This document shows positions 16,214 to 24,743 of a stretch of DNA of 25,466 nucleotides, piece by piece (within the stretch, counting starts at the first letter, position 1; each line of letters starts with the position of its first letter). The stretch is from a virus (lineage: Duplodnaviria; Caudoviricetes): positions 1 through 25,466 of the IMG/VR virus record IMGVR_UViG_3300031857_019453; one strand, given 5' to 3'. The notes below the pieces were generated by a model. It did no database searches and was not told the DNA's origin. It was given only the letters and a program-made list of their open reading frames with translations. The position numbers and the translations under genes are program-made.

Positions 16214-16895
16214 TTAAATATATTTCTTCAAAAAAATTAGGGAAGGGCGAATTAGGCCAATAGTTTGTTAAGTGCTGTCTTACTGTAATTTCAAAAAACT
16301 TTTTAAAATCTATGATGCCATTTTCAGTAGACTGGTCAAAGCGATATGCTCCCTCTTTTCCAATAATGCTTTCTATTATTTTTCTTTCTATATATCTTTC
16401 ATTTACTGGGACAACAGAATAGTAGTCTATAGTTTTTAATTCACCGTCAATAGAAATATAAAAACAATGAGGATATAAAGCTAGTTTATAATAATCTTTT
16501 TGTTTAAAATCTTTTAATATATTATAAATTTGAGTTTTCCAATTTGGTAGTTCATTGTCAATATTTCTATTATCATCAAAAATAATTTGAGACAACGTTT
16601 CTTTGTTCCATTCAATAAACACACATTTATTTTTTGTATCTATTTCATAAATTTTTGGTGTTGAATTTAGATTAGATAACTCTTGCAGAAAACGTATTTC
16701 TCTATTAAAAAACCAACCTATTAATTCTTGATCTATTAATTCTCTGCCGGGTCTATATACTTGATCTTGACAGTAGTGCATACACATTACATTTCCCTCA
16801 GGGTTTACTTTAGGACTGTATAACATATTACTATCATTCAACACTCTGCTTGGTGTCAATTTATAATAATAATTCCAATTAGATATATCTGTCAT
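16185..16895 (-). CDS. atypical kinase-like fold protein, paralog of 10673..11359
   Basis: YYYK...NMLY, FNREIRFLQEL, LPNWKTQI, YKLALYPHCF, LKTIDYY. Start probably ATG 16895 (ATGA overlap). Confidence 0.55.
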   Translation of the reverse strand: MTDISNWNYYYKLTPSRVLNDSNMLYSPKVNPEGNVMCMHYCQDQVYRPGRELIDQELIGWFFNREIRFLQELSNLNSTPKIYEIDTKNKCVFIEWNKETLSQIIFDDNRNIDNELPNWKTQIYNILKDFKQKDYYKLALYPHCFYISIDGELKTIDYYSVVPVNERYIERKIIESIIGKEGAYRFDQSTENGIIDFKKFFEITVRQHLTNYWPNSPFPNFFEEIYLNDQLEQSNI

Positions 16896-18427
16896 TTTTG
16901 CCAACTTAATTTTTTATTGATATAACTCTGCACAAATTCTTTAAATTTAATATCATTTGTATCTATGTCTGAAATGTTCTTATCGTAAATATCTTCGTAT
17001 GTAGATGTTTCGTAATATCTAAAAAGCCTATCAGTCAAAAATGGATTCCCTCCTTTTCTTCCTTTATAGCCTTCGGTTGAATAAAATTCTTTAACTAAAG
17101 CCTCTGCTTTGAACCAATCCATATCATTATGTTTCCAAATAACAACATCCTTTCTAGTTGTACCTACTCCCCCTCCTTGAATAGATTTAAAAACAATATC
17201 TCCTTTTTCATCTTTATACACATTATAACCAGGATGTTCTTTAGAATCTAATTTCTTAAGTCCATTTTTTACAAGTTCTTTTGTAAAGCGACTTTGATTT
17301 GTGAGAGATTCGTCGTAATCACTCACTTCTAATATCCATGCACTTGCACTTTGTCTTGTCCAATAAGTATTAAGCCATTCCATTGAATCATACCAAGATT
17401 CAACTGTTTCTCCTGGTATGCCACAAATCATTTGAATGTTAGCTCTATACCTACGTGGTGCATGTGTGTCAGTATAAGATTGAAAATCAAGTAATCCCTC
17501 TTTTAATTGATCAGGATCCATTCCCTTACGTACTAATTTTCCTGCTTCTCTGTTAAATGTTTCTATTCCCATTGAATGACCTAAAAATCCTAAGCGTATA
17601 TAATCATCCCAATGTTCACGATGTTTGACTACTAAATCACCTCTAGCAAAACCACAAATCCATGGATCATATCCTAATTCATCAACAGCTTCGGCATATT
17701 TACGAATCTTTTCTGGACGATCATTTGTTGTTTCATCCATAATTCTCCAGTTAACTATACCCCATTTTTCAAATCCAGTTTGTAATTGTTGTTTAAATTC
17801 CTGTTTACTTACACTAACATCTTTTGCTTGACCAATTATCGGAAAGTTACAATAGCTACAACTAAACATGCAACCACGTGCAGTTTCAATTTGTGGGCAA
17901 TCAAATGGATCCATAAAATCTCTTGCTTCATAGTCTATTAAATATGATTCAAGAGGTGCACTAGGATAATGATGTAATCCCCTTATAACTTTTTTGTTAC
18001 CAAAGAAAGAAGGATCTGTTAAAAGTTGTGAGCCTAATGTTCCTAATAAATGTTTACATAATGCTAATATAGCATTTTCTCCATAACTATCTACCCAATA
18101 ATCCACGTTATCTGCTTTTGTTACTAGTGCATTTTGCCCGCCTACTACGACAGGAATATTAGGATATTTTTCTTTAAGCCAACTAATAAAATCATTAAGA
18201 TAAGGACTCCATGGATTTAAAAAAGCTGTACCAAAACAAAACATAACTGTTTTATTTGTAGTACGTGATATAACTAATTCTTGTAATTCTTCTAATTTCC
18301 AAAAAGCAGTAAAATCTATAACCTCAGCATCCCAATCATGTTTACGTAAAAAAGATGCAACTCTATGTGGCCATAAAGCTCTCTCCCATCGTTTTCCTGT
18401 AAGTGAGAAAAATAAGCAATGGTTCAT
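16892..18427 (-). CDS. cobalamin-binding-domain radical SAM protein (class B methyltransferase-like)
   Basis: N-terminal B12-domain features (AEVID, VVVGG, GE), ETARGCMFSCSYC, MGIET, GIPGET. Confidence 0.85.
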   Translation of the reverse strand: MNHCLFFSLTGKRWERALWPHRVASFLRKHDWDAEVIDFTAFWKLEELQELVISRTTNKTVMFCFGTAFLNPWSPYLNDFISWLKEKYPNIPVVVGGQNALVTKADNVDYWVDSYGENAILALCKHLLGTLGSQLLTDPSFFGNKKVIRGLHHYPSAPLESYLIDYEARDFMDPFDCPQIETARGCMFSCSYCNFPIIGQAKDVSVSKQEFKQQLQTGFEKWGIVNWRIMDETTNDRPEKIRKYAEAVDELGYDPWICGFARGDLVVKHREHWDDYIRLGFLGHSMGIETFNREAGKLVRKGMDPDQLKEGLLDFQSYTDTHAPRRYRANIQMICGIPGETVESWYDSMEWLNTYWTRQSASAWILEVSDYDESLTNQSRFTKELVKNGLKKLDSKEHPGYNVYKDEKGDIVFKSIQGGGVGTTRKDVVIWKHNDMDWFKAEALVKEFYSTEGYKGRKGGNPFLTDRLFRYYETSTYEDIYDKNISDIDTNDIKFKEFVQSYINKKLSWQK

Positions 18428-19098
18428 GACTCAATAACCTCAAAAATAGAAGGAACATTATTTTTAAATTCTTGTAAACTATCTTTTTCAATATTAAGAG
18501 TAACTTCATTCTCATTAATATATTTGAAATTATTAATTTTACCTTCTTTATTTGCTTGATTTAACCATTTGCTTGTAATTTGATCAAATATGTATCTATT
18601 GTTTTCATCTAAACTTTTTAATGCTATTACTTTAATGTGCTGAGGATCTATAAGATTGTTTCGATTTAACAATTTTCTAACAACAAGTTGTATTCTTTCC
18701 ATACCACTTAAATTTACTGCGCTGTGTAATTTTCCTGCGTTCATTTCATACCAAATACCATCACATTCTGTTTTGTGCATTATGCAATTATCTACATCAA
18801 GCAAAAACGAATTTTCACCTTGAATATTTAAATGATATCGATCATCTATATCTGAATGGGCAACATAAGCAGTTTTTGAATTTAAAATTATAATTCTTGC
18901 TTCTCCGAAAGAAAATGGTAAAGAGTTTAGAATAGTTTCCCAAACAGTGTTCTTAAAGTTTTCTTTAATTTCCCATGGATCGTAAAAGAAATCGCCTAAC
19001 GGTCTATTTAAAGTAAATTTCCCATTTATGTTTGGTAAGTTGTTGAGTGCTATATTTATTATTTCTTTTGGAACGGTAAACTGAGTTTTAAGTAACAT
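18424..19098 (-). CDS. Asp/Asn beta-hydroxylase-like Fe(II)/2OG oxygenase
   Basis: GEARII...HSDIDDRYHL...HSAVN...RIQLVVR. Confidence 0.75.
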   Translation of the reverse strand: MLLKTQFTVPKEIINIALNNLPNINGKFTLNRPLGDFFYDPWEIKENFKNTVWETILNSLPFSFGEARIIILNSKTAYVAHSDIDDRYHLNIQGENSFLLDVDNCIMHKTECDGIWYEMNAGKLHSAVNLSGMERIQLVVRKLLNRNNLIDPQHIKVIALKSLDENNRYIFDQITSKWLNQANKEGKINNFKYINENEVTLNIEKDSLQEFKNNVPSIFEVIES

Positions 19099-19103
19099 GT
19101 GAA

Positions 19104-19119
19104 TATTTATTTATAAATA
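19104..19119. promoter_or_regulatory. back-to-back T4-late-promoter-like motifs
   Basis: TATAAATA on + (19112-19119) and TAAATA on - (19109-19104) in the 22-nt divergent gap. Confidence 0.5.
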
Positions 19120-19120
19120 A

Positions 19121-19876
19121 ATGACATATACAAATCCAATGAAAGAATATACTATTGATCAAGTAAGCATACCATTTGATAAAAATTGGTCACGTATTGC
19201 AGTAAGCGTGAGTGGTGGTGCCGATAGTGCATTGTTGCTCTATTTACTGTGTCAACTAGCAAAAGAACACAACCCAAAATTATCTATACACGTGATAAGT
19301 CATATACGTTGTTGGAAAACTAAACCATGGCAAGAATATGACAGTTATCAGGTATACGAATTTATAAGTAAAAAATTTAATTTTTTCAATTGGTATAGAC
19401 ATGTAAATTTTATAGCACCTGATCTTGAGTATGGTACTACAGGGCCCTCATTGACAGATGAGTATGGTAAAAAAGTTAGCGGAGATAATATACAAATACG
19501 TTCATATAGTGAATACATTTGCCATAAATTTAAAGTACAAGCATACTATAACGCAGTAACAAGAAATCCAAAAAATGTAGAATTTAAGGGAATGGTAGAG
19601 CGTGATATTGAAGAAACAGATACGAACAAACATTTAAGAATTATGACACACATGGATAAATTTGCTATTCATCCATTTAGGTTTGTTGAAAAAAAATGGG
19701 TAGTTAAACAATATCAAAGACTAAATTTATTAAATTTGTTTGATTTGACAAGAAGTTGTGAGGGCGAATTCGAAAATATCAATTATCTTAACTACAGATT
19801 AGGAATGAATGTTCCTACTTGTGGCAATTGCTTTTGGTGTAAAGAAAGGAAGTGGGCAATTGAACAATCAAAGTAA
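19121..19876 (+). CDS. QueC-like PP-loop ATP pyrophosphatase (second copy)
   Basis: SVSGGADS and TRSC...CGNCFWC. Confidence 0.8.
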   Translation: MTYTNPMKEYTIDQVSIPFDKNWSRIAVSVSGGADSALLLYLLCQLAKEHNPKLSIHVISHIRCWKTKPWQEYDSYQVYEFISKKFNFFNWYRHVNFIAPDLEYGTTGPSLTDEYGKKVSGDNIQIRSYSEYICHKFKVQAYYNAVTRNPKNVEFKGMVERDIEETDTNKHLRIMTHMDKFAIHPFRFVEKKWVVKQYQRLNLLNLFDLTRSCEGEFENINYLNYRLGMNVPTCGNCFWCKERKWAIEQSK

Positions 19877-21128
19877 AACATTCTGTATGCATCCATTTAC
19901 AGGATTAGCAACACGTGAAGATGGTGCAATTAAAGTTTGTTGCAGAAGCCATCCTATAGGATATATTCAAAACGAAAGTTTAAAAGATATTTGGAATAAC
20001 GAAACAATGCGTAAAATACGTTTTGAAGTATTAAACGATATACGTCCTAAAGAGTGTGAGCCTTGTTTTACATTAGAAGATCAGGGTGTTGAAAGTTTAA
20101 GACAAAGACATATCAAAGGAGTTATTCCTGAAGCAAGAATAAATCTATACCCTAATGCATTACAAGATTTGACTGAAGATTATACAATGCCTTTTGAAAT
20201 TCCTACAATGGAAATTAAACTTAATAATTTGTGTAATCTTAAATGTAGAATGTGTCATCCAATGGATAGCACTAGTTGGAATGATTGGGATAGTATAGAA
20301 AAATATTATGTCAAAGAAAATAACTTCTTGCCAAATAAGATTAAAACATTAAACTTAATTGATAGACCACATCTAAAAGAATTTGATGATAGTCAAAACT
20401 GGTGGAATAGTTTCGAAGAATTATTGCCACACTTTCGTAGAGTAGAGTTTGCAGGTGGAGAACCACTGATGGATCCACAACATTACAAAATTCTAGATAT
20501 GTTAAAACCATACGGCAAATATATTGAATTGAAATACGCTACTAACGGTACAACATTAGGTATAAGTAAGGGTAGAACCATACATGATTATTGGCCATAT
20601 TTTAAAAGTATAGCAGTTAATGTTAGTTTAGATGGCATACATGATGTTTATAATTATATTAGAAGCAATAGCAATTTTGCTGACGTAGAAAAAAATATCA
20701 AAGAGATACAAACATTACCAAACATTACTAGAATAGTGGGAGCATTTACTGCGCAAGCAGGCAACATACTTCAAGCAGCAGACTGTATTGATTATTTTAT
20801 CAATGAAATGAACATTGTGTTTTACAGTCATAGAGTCAGTTATCCAAACTGTCTTTCTGCTCAAGTTTTACCACAAGAATTAAAAGAATTAGCAATACAA
20901 AGACTTGAAGAAGTTAGTAAAAGATTATGGACATTTCCCAATGTTACAAAATATCCCATACTTGAAAACGTTACGCAACAACAGATTAAAGATAATATTA
21001 ATTATATAAAGGCTAAAGATCAATTTCACTTATGGTCTGATTTTGTAAATTTTAATCGGCAACTTGATTTAAATAGAAAGCAAGGGCCTATAGAAAATAT
21101 AATACCAGAATTTAAAAATTATGTATAA
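19860..21128 (+). CDS. radical SAM protein with N-terminal twitch/SPASM-like domain
   Basis: FCMHP...VCC...CEPC, then CNLKCRMC and FAGGEPL. Start probably TTG 19860; the track's 19809 start overlaps the upstream gene more. Confidence 0.88.
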   Translation: MNNQSKTFCMHPFTGLATREDGAIKVCCRSHPIGYIQNESLKDIWNNETMRKIRFEVLNDIRPKECEPCFTLEDQGVESLRQRHIKGVIPEARINLYPNALQDLTEDYTMPFEIPTMEIKLNNLCNLKCRMCHPMDSTSWNDWDSIEKYYVKENNFLPNKIKTLNLIDRPHLKEFDDSQNWWNSFEELLPHFRRVEFAGGEPLMDPQHYKILDMLKPYGKYIELKYATNGTTLGISKGRTIHDYWPYFKSIAVNVSLDGIHDVYNYIRSNSNFADVEKNIKEIQTLPNITRIVGAFTAQAGNILQAADCIDYFINEMNIVFYSHRVSYPNCLSAQVLPQELKELAIQRLEEVSKRLWTFPNVTKYPILENVTQQQIKDNINYIKAKDQFHLWSDFVNFNRQLDLNRKQGPIENIIPEFKNYV

Positions 21129-22068
21129 AGTTACCAGTGCATATAATCACCAACACATGATTAAAGTTGAGTGGAATATTGGCAAACGATGCAACTATGA
21201 TTGCGAGTATTGCCCAACTCTTATTCATGATAACTACAGTCCACATACTGATATTGAAATACTTAAAAAAGCTGTAGATAAATTACCAGTAAACAGCAGA
21301 ATAAGTTTTACTGGTGGTGAACCTACAGTACATCCTGACTTTGAAGAACTGGTTCATTACTGTGTGCAGAAAGACATAAGTTGGATTAACTTAACTACAA
21401 ATGGAACTAGAACATCATTGTACTACTTTCGTTTACCAGTAAATCATATAGTTTTTAGTCTGCATTTTGAAAAAGATTGGGCTAGAGTTTTAGAAACAAT
21501 TTCAAGATACGCAGCAAGTGATGTTGAACCTGGTATGAGAAAACCTTGTATGATTAATATTATGGCTCATCCTGAAAAAATGATAGAAGTTAAAGATGCA
21601 ACAAGAAGGCTTGAAAATTTAAACATACCATATGCTATAAGAAGAATACGATGGACTAATGATGATCACAATCTATTTGATGATATGAGATACGAACAAA
21701 ATAATTTAGATTGGATATTAAGTAAAGAGGCAACTGTAGCTCCAAACTGCATAATTGACAACAAACAAAAAATGCATGCCAATGATATAATTAAATTTCA
21801 TAAAAATAAATTTAAAAATTGGGCGTGTACTGCTGGTCAAGAAAGTCTAATGATAAATTGGGATGGTGAAGTACATCGTGCTACTTGCAGAGTAGGTGGA
21901 AGTTTAGGTAATATATATAACGGTACTTTTACTTTACCAGATCAGCCTATAATATGCACAAGAGATTTTTGTACTTGTGCAGCAGACGTACCACTTACGA
22001 AAGTAAATGTGCAAGCTCTGGGAAGGACTGAGAGAAATCAGTTTTTCGAATCGAATCAAGATTTTTAA
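21121..22068 (+). CDS. radical SAM protein with C-terminal twitch-like domain
   Basis: CNYDCEYC, TGGEPT, CTAG...C...C...CTC; similar to 4708..5679. Confidence 0.9.
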   Translation: MYKVTSAYNHQHMIKVEWNIGKRCNYDCEYCPTLIHDNYSPHTDIEILKKAVDKLPVNSRISFTGGEPTVHPDFEELVHYCVQKDISWINLTTNGTRTSLYYFRLPVNHIVFSLHFEKDWARVLETISRYAASDVEPGMRKPCMINIMAHPEKMIEVKDATRRLENLNIPYAIRRIRWTNDDHNLFDDMRYEQNNLDWILSKEATVAPNCIIDNKQKMHANDIIKFHKNKFKNWACTAGQESLMINWDGEVHRATCRVGGSLGNIYNGTFTLPDQPIICTRDFCTCAADVPLTKVNVQALGRTERNQFFESNQDF

Positions 22069-23419
22069 TATATTCAGCAAAATCAGGCAGTAAGTGTGTA
22101 TGATCTTCTGCATCCATAAAGTCTAAAATAGCTTGCCACCTTTTCCAACCATATGGATTAATTTTCCAATAATTCTCATCTTGTCTATAATTTTCATACA
22201 ACCAATTTGCAAACTCTCCGTATATCTTACGTATTTCTATTTTATCTTCTTTAGGCAAAACTCTACAACTTAAAAAAGTAGGAATGTATAATAGATGCAT
22301 GTTTAATATGCCGCCGCCGGCCTGAACTCCTGCATAAACATTTTCTAAATTTATTTTTTTAAAATTTTGTTGTATTTTCCATTTAGCTAATTCAGGTAAT
22401 GTTTTTATATTAAGTATTTGAATTGCAGTAGAGATGCTTACTTCTATATTAGAAGGAGTATTATCTAATATGTGCATATTCTTAGTTATAGTTTCCCAAT
22501 CAGAAGGAAATCTTATGTAATGATTTCTTTCTTTAATATTATCTAAGCTTATAGCAAACTTTACCTTTTTAAACTTTTTCCATAACTCAATTATTTCAGA
22601 ATCTAATAGCAAACCGTTACTAGTATATCTTACTAAGATTTTGTCTGCATATCCTCTTCTTACAATTTCTTCTAAAAACTTTTTGTGTTCTTTGTGCATC
22701 AGTGGCTCGCCACCTGCAAAATACACTTGTTTCAAATTAGGAATCTGTTCGTAAATTTCGTCCCAAAAAGGTTGACTTTCAAACCATTGATTATTAAAAG
22801 TGTTTGAATCCCATGAAAGTTGTGATTTAATTGTTTCACTCTTGAATATGGGAAATACTTTGTTATAATCTTGCACCCATTTGCTACTATCATGTGGGCT
22901 ACACATTATACATTTTAGATTACATGTGTGTCCTAATCGTAAGTCCAAGTACATTAAATTATCAGGGACTGAACCGTCGGCAAAAGTATTTCTAATTAGT
23001 TGTTCTACATCAATGCCATCTGCTATCCACGTGTTAGTTTCCCATAATCTTTTACTTACTACTCCTTTACTTTCTTCTTCGAAACACTTGTTGCAACTAC
23101 TAGGAATTTCTCCATTCAACATTGTATTGCGTACACTACGCATGTATTGATTATTCCACGCACTTAAAGGTGTCTCACTAGCAAAATTAGCTGGTACACC
23201 ATTTTCATTTTTTACTAAACCTATGGTATGATTTTTTCCTGCACCACTTGCGTTAGCACCACAACAAAGTCTCATATCACCATTTGGACGAGTTGCAAAG
23301 TGAATCCATGGCAAAACACAATAAGTTTCACTGTGTGATCTAGTTGAAATATTGTTTTGAAGTTCTGTTATTTTTGGGCTATTGTGGTTTTTCCAAAAAG
23401 TGTCTAAATGATCACTCAC
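21995..23419 (-). CDS. radical SAM protein with N-terminal twitch/SPASM-like domain
   Basis: YCVLPW...LCC...CNKC, CNLKCIMC, FAGGEPL; similar to 19860..21128. Confidence 0.9.
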   Translation of the reverse strand: MSDHLDTFWKNHNSPKITELQNNISTRSHSETYCVLPWIHFATRPNGDMRLCCGANASGAGKNHTIGLVKNENGVPANFASETPLSAWNNQYMRSVRNTMLNGEIPSSCNKCFEEESKGVVSKRLWETNTWIADGIDVEQLIRNTFADGSVPDNLMYLDLRLGHTCNLKCIMCSPHDSSKWVQDYNKVFPIFKSETIKSQLSWDSNTFNNQWFESQPFWDEIYEQIPNLKQVYFAGGEPLMHKEHKKFLEEIVRRGYADKILVRYTSNGLLLDSEIIELWKKFKKVKFAISLDNIKERNHYIRFPSDWETITKNMHILDNTPSNIEVSISTAIQILNIKTLPELAKWKIQQNFKKINLENVYAGVQAGGGILNMHLLYIPTFLSCRVLPKEDKIEIRKIYGEFANWLYENYRQDENYWKINPYGWKRWQAILDFMDAEDHTHLLPDFAEYIKNLDSIRKTDFSQSFPELAHLLS

Positions 23420-23804
23420 TAGACACCTTTTGATGTTTTTTTTGGTAGTCAGCTATTGCTGATTTTATAGCATCCTCCGCCAATATTGAACAATGTATTT
23501 TGACTGGAGGGAGAGCCAATTCTTCCGCAATTTCTGTGTTCTTAATTGCTTCTGCTTCCGTAAGAGTTTTGCCTTTAAGCCAAGTCGTGACGAGCGACGA
23601 ACTTGCAATCGCCGAACCGCACCCATATGTTTTGAATTTCGCATCAGTAATAACATCGTTTTCAACCTTTATTTGAAGTTTTAAAACATCACCGCAAGCA
23701 GGTGCGCCAACAAGACCAGTACCAATGGACCGATCGCTAGCATCAAAACTACCCACGTTTCGGGGATTTTCATAATGATCTAAAACCTTTTCAGAATACG
23801 ACAT
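23412..23804 (-). CDS. iscU: Fe-S cluster scaffold protein IscU
   Basis: YSEKVLDHYENPRNVG, GAPACGD, FKTYGCGSAIASS, LPPVKIHC (HscA-binding LPPVK motif). Confidence 0.97.
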   Translation of the reverse strand: MSYSEKVLDHYENPRNVGSFDASDRSIGTGLVGAPACGDVLKLQIKVENDVITDAKFKTYGCGSAIASSSLVTTWLKGKTLTEAEAIKNTEIAEELALPPVKIHCSILAEDAIKSAIADYQKKHQKVSSE

Positions 23805-23823
23805 ATATTTTCCTCAATTTTAT

Positions 23824-24330
23824 TTAGTCCGGTGTATCTGCAACTAGCCAACCTAGTTTAAATAAATCCTCTTTTACTTCATCAGTTATCTCGCCTTCAC
23901 CAATGTAACTATTAGTTAACTCGCCATCGTCGTGTCTAATACCAGTACAGTACCAATCAAGATAATCTCCCTCTCCTCGCAAATCAGCTACAATGCTACC
24001 CGCATAGCGCCATGTGCAACTCCAGTATTCTTCTTTTAAGATTGGCACTACATCGTTTTTTACAAATTCGTTATTGCAAAGTGCTGCGTAAATGTTTTGC
24101 GCATAAGCTCTATTCTTACATTTTTCTACTATATATTCGCTATTACGCAAATCATATTCTAGGTTATTTTTTCGCCACTCAGGATCATTTTCTTGTTTTA
24201 ATTTATCATCTTCAAAGTTTAAATAAAAATCTTTGAGAGCATCATAATTTTCCGAATCTTTATTCAATCTCTCAATCCTTTTTTGAACAGTTTTAGCTCT
24301 GTCTTTACTTATTGCTAACTTCTTCATCAA
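23824..24330 (-). CDS. hypothetical protein
   Basis: 168-aa ORF coupled to its neighbours; YAQNIYAALCNN...WSCTWRYAG...YLDWYCTG. No function recognised. Confidence 0.7.
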   Translation of the reverse strand: MMKKLAISKDRAKTVQKRIERLNKDSENYDALKDFYLNFEDDKLKQENDPEWRKNNLEYDLRNSEYIVEKCKNRAYAQNIYAALCNNEFVKNDVVPILKEEYWSCTWRYAGSIVADLRGEGDYLDWYCTGIRHDDGELTNSYIGEGEITDEVKEDLFKLGWLVADTPD

Positions 24331-24742
24331 TAACCTCCATCCACGTATAGTCCCCTAACCATTGTACTCTTGCTATATATTCAATGTGATCAGGTGCGCC
24401 GGTTGTCCAATCATTAGGACCAGTATGTAATAATACATGTTTTTGCTGTCTATAGTCAAATCCTAAATGATAAATTTGGTTATGATAAACTTGAAATTGG
24501 TATTCACATTTATGAACCATATCTGTGATGTCCAATCTACGTCTTAATTGTTCTGCTTGTTTCTGTAAAACACGAACCATTTCCATAATGCGTTCGTATT
24601 CCTGCTGCGCATGTAACCGCGCAACATTAATCATAATGTCTTTTTGTTTTTCTACTGGTACAAGTTCAAACTTCGGAGCCCCAATTTCCATTGGGTAAGT
24701 TAAACTATAATGTTTATCGGGGTCCGAAGGTTTTAACTTCAT
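24305..24742 (-). CDS. hypothetical protein, DUF2452-like
   Basis: LTYP..IGAPKF N-terminus, coiled-coil middle, YQFQ...IYHL...W C-terminus resemble DUF2452 from memory. Confidence 0.55.
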   Translation of the reverse strand: MKLKPSDPDKHYSLTYPMEIGAPKFELVPVEKQKDIMINVARLHAQQEYERIMEMVRVLQKQAEQLRRRLDITDMVHKCEYQFQVYHNQIYHLGFDYRQQKHVLLHTGPNDWTTGAPDHIEYIARVQWLGDYTWMEVIDEEVSNK

Positions 24743-24743
24743 A

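Noticed and set aside
9383-22068. Canonical queuosine or 7-deazaguanine DNA-modification (dpd) cluster
   Set aside because: No folE, queD, queF or dpdA/tgt recognised, and the radical SAM proteins carry twitch domains unlike QueE.
733-24236. Short nested ORFs in the track (733, 2912, 3373, 5284, 11131, 11537, 11893, 14337, 14389, 14716, 15889, 17625, 22881, 23465, 23493, 24012)
   Set aside because: All lie antisense to or out of frame within well-supported genes and carry no motifs.
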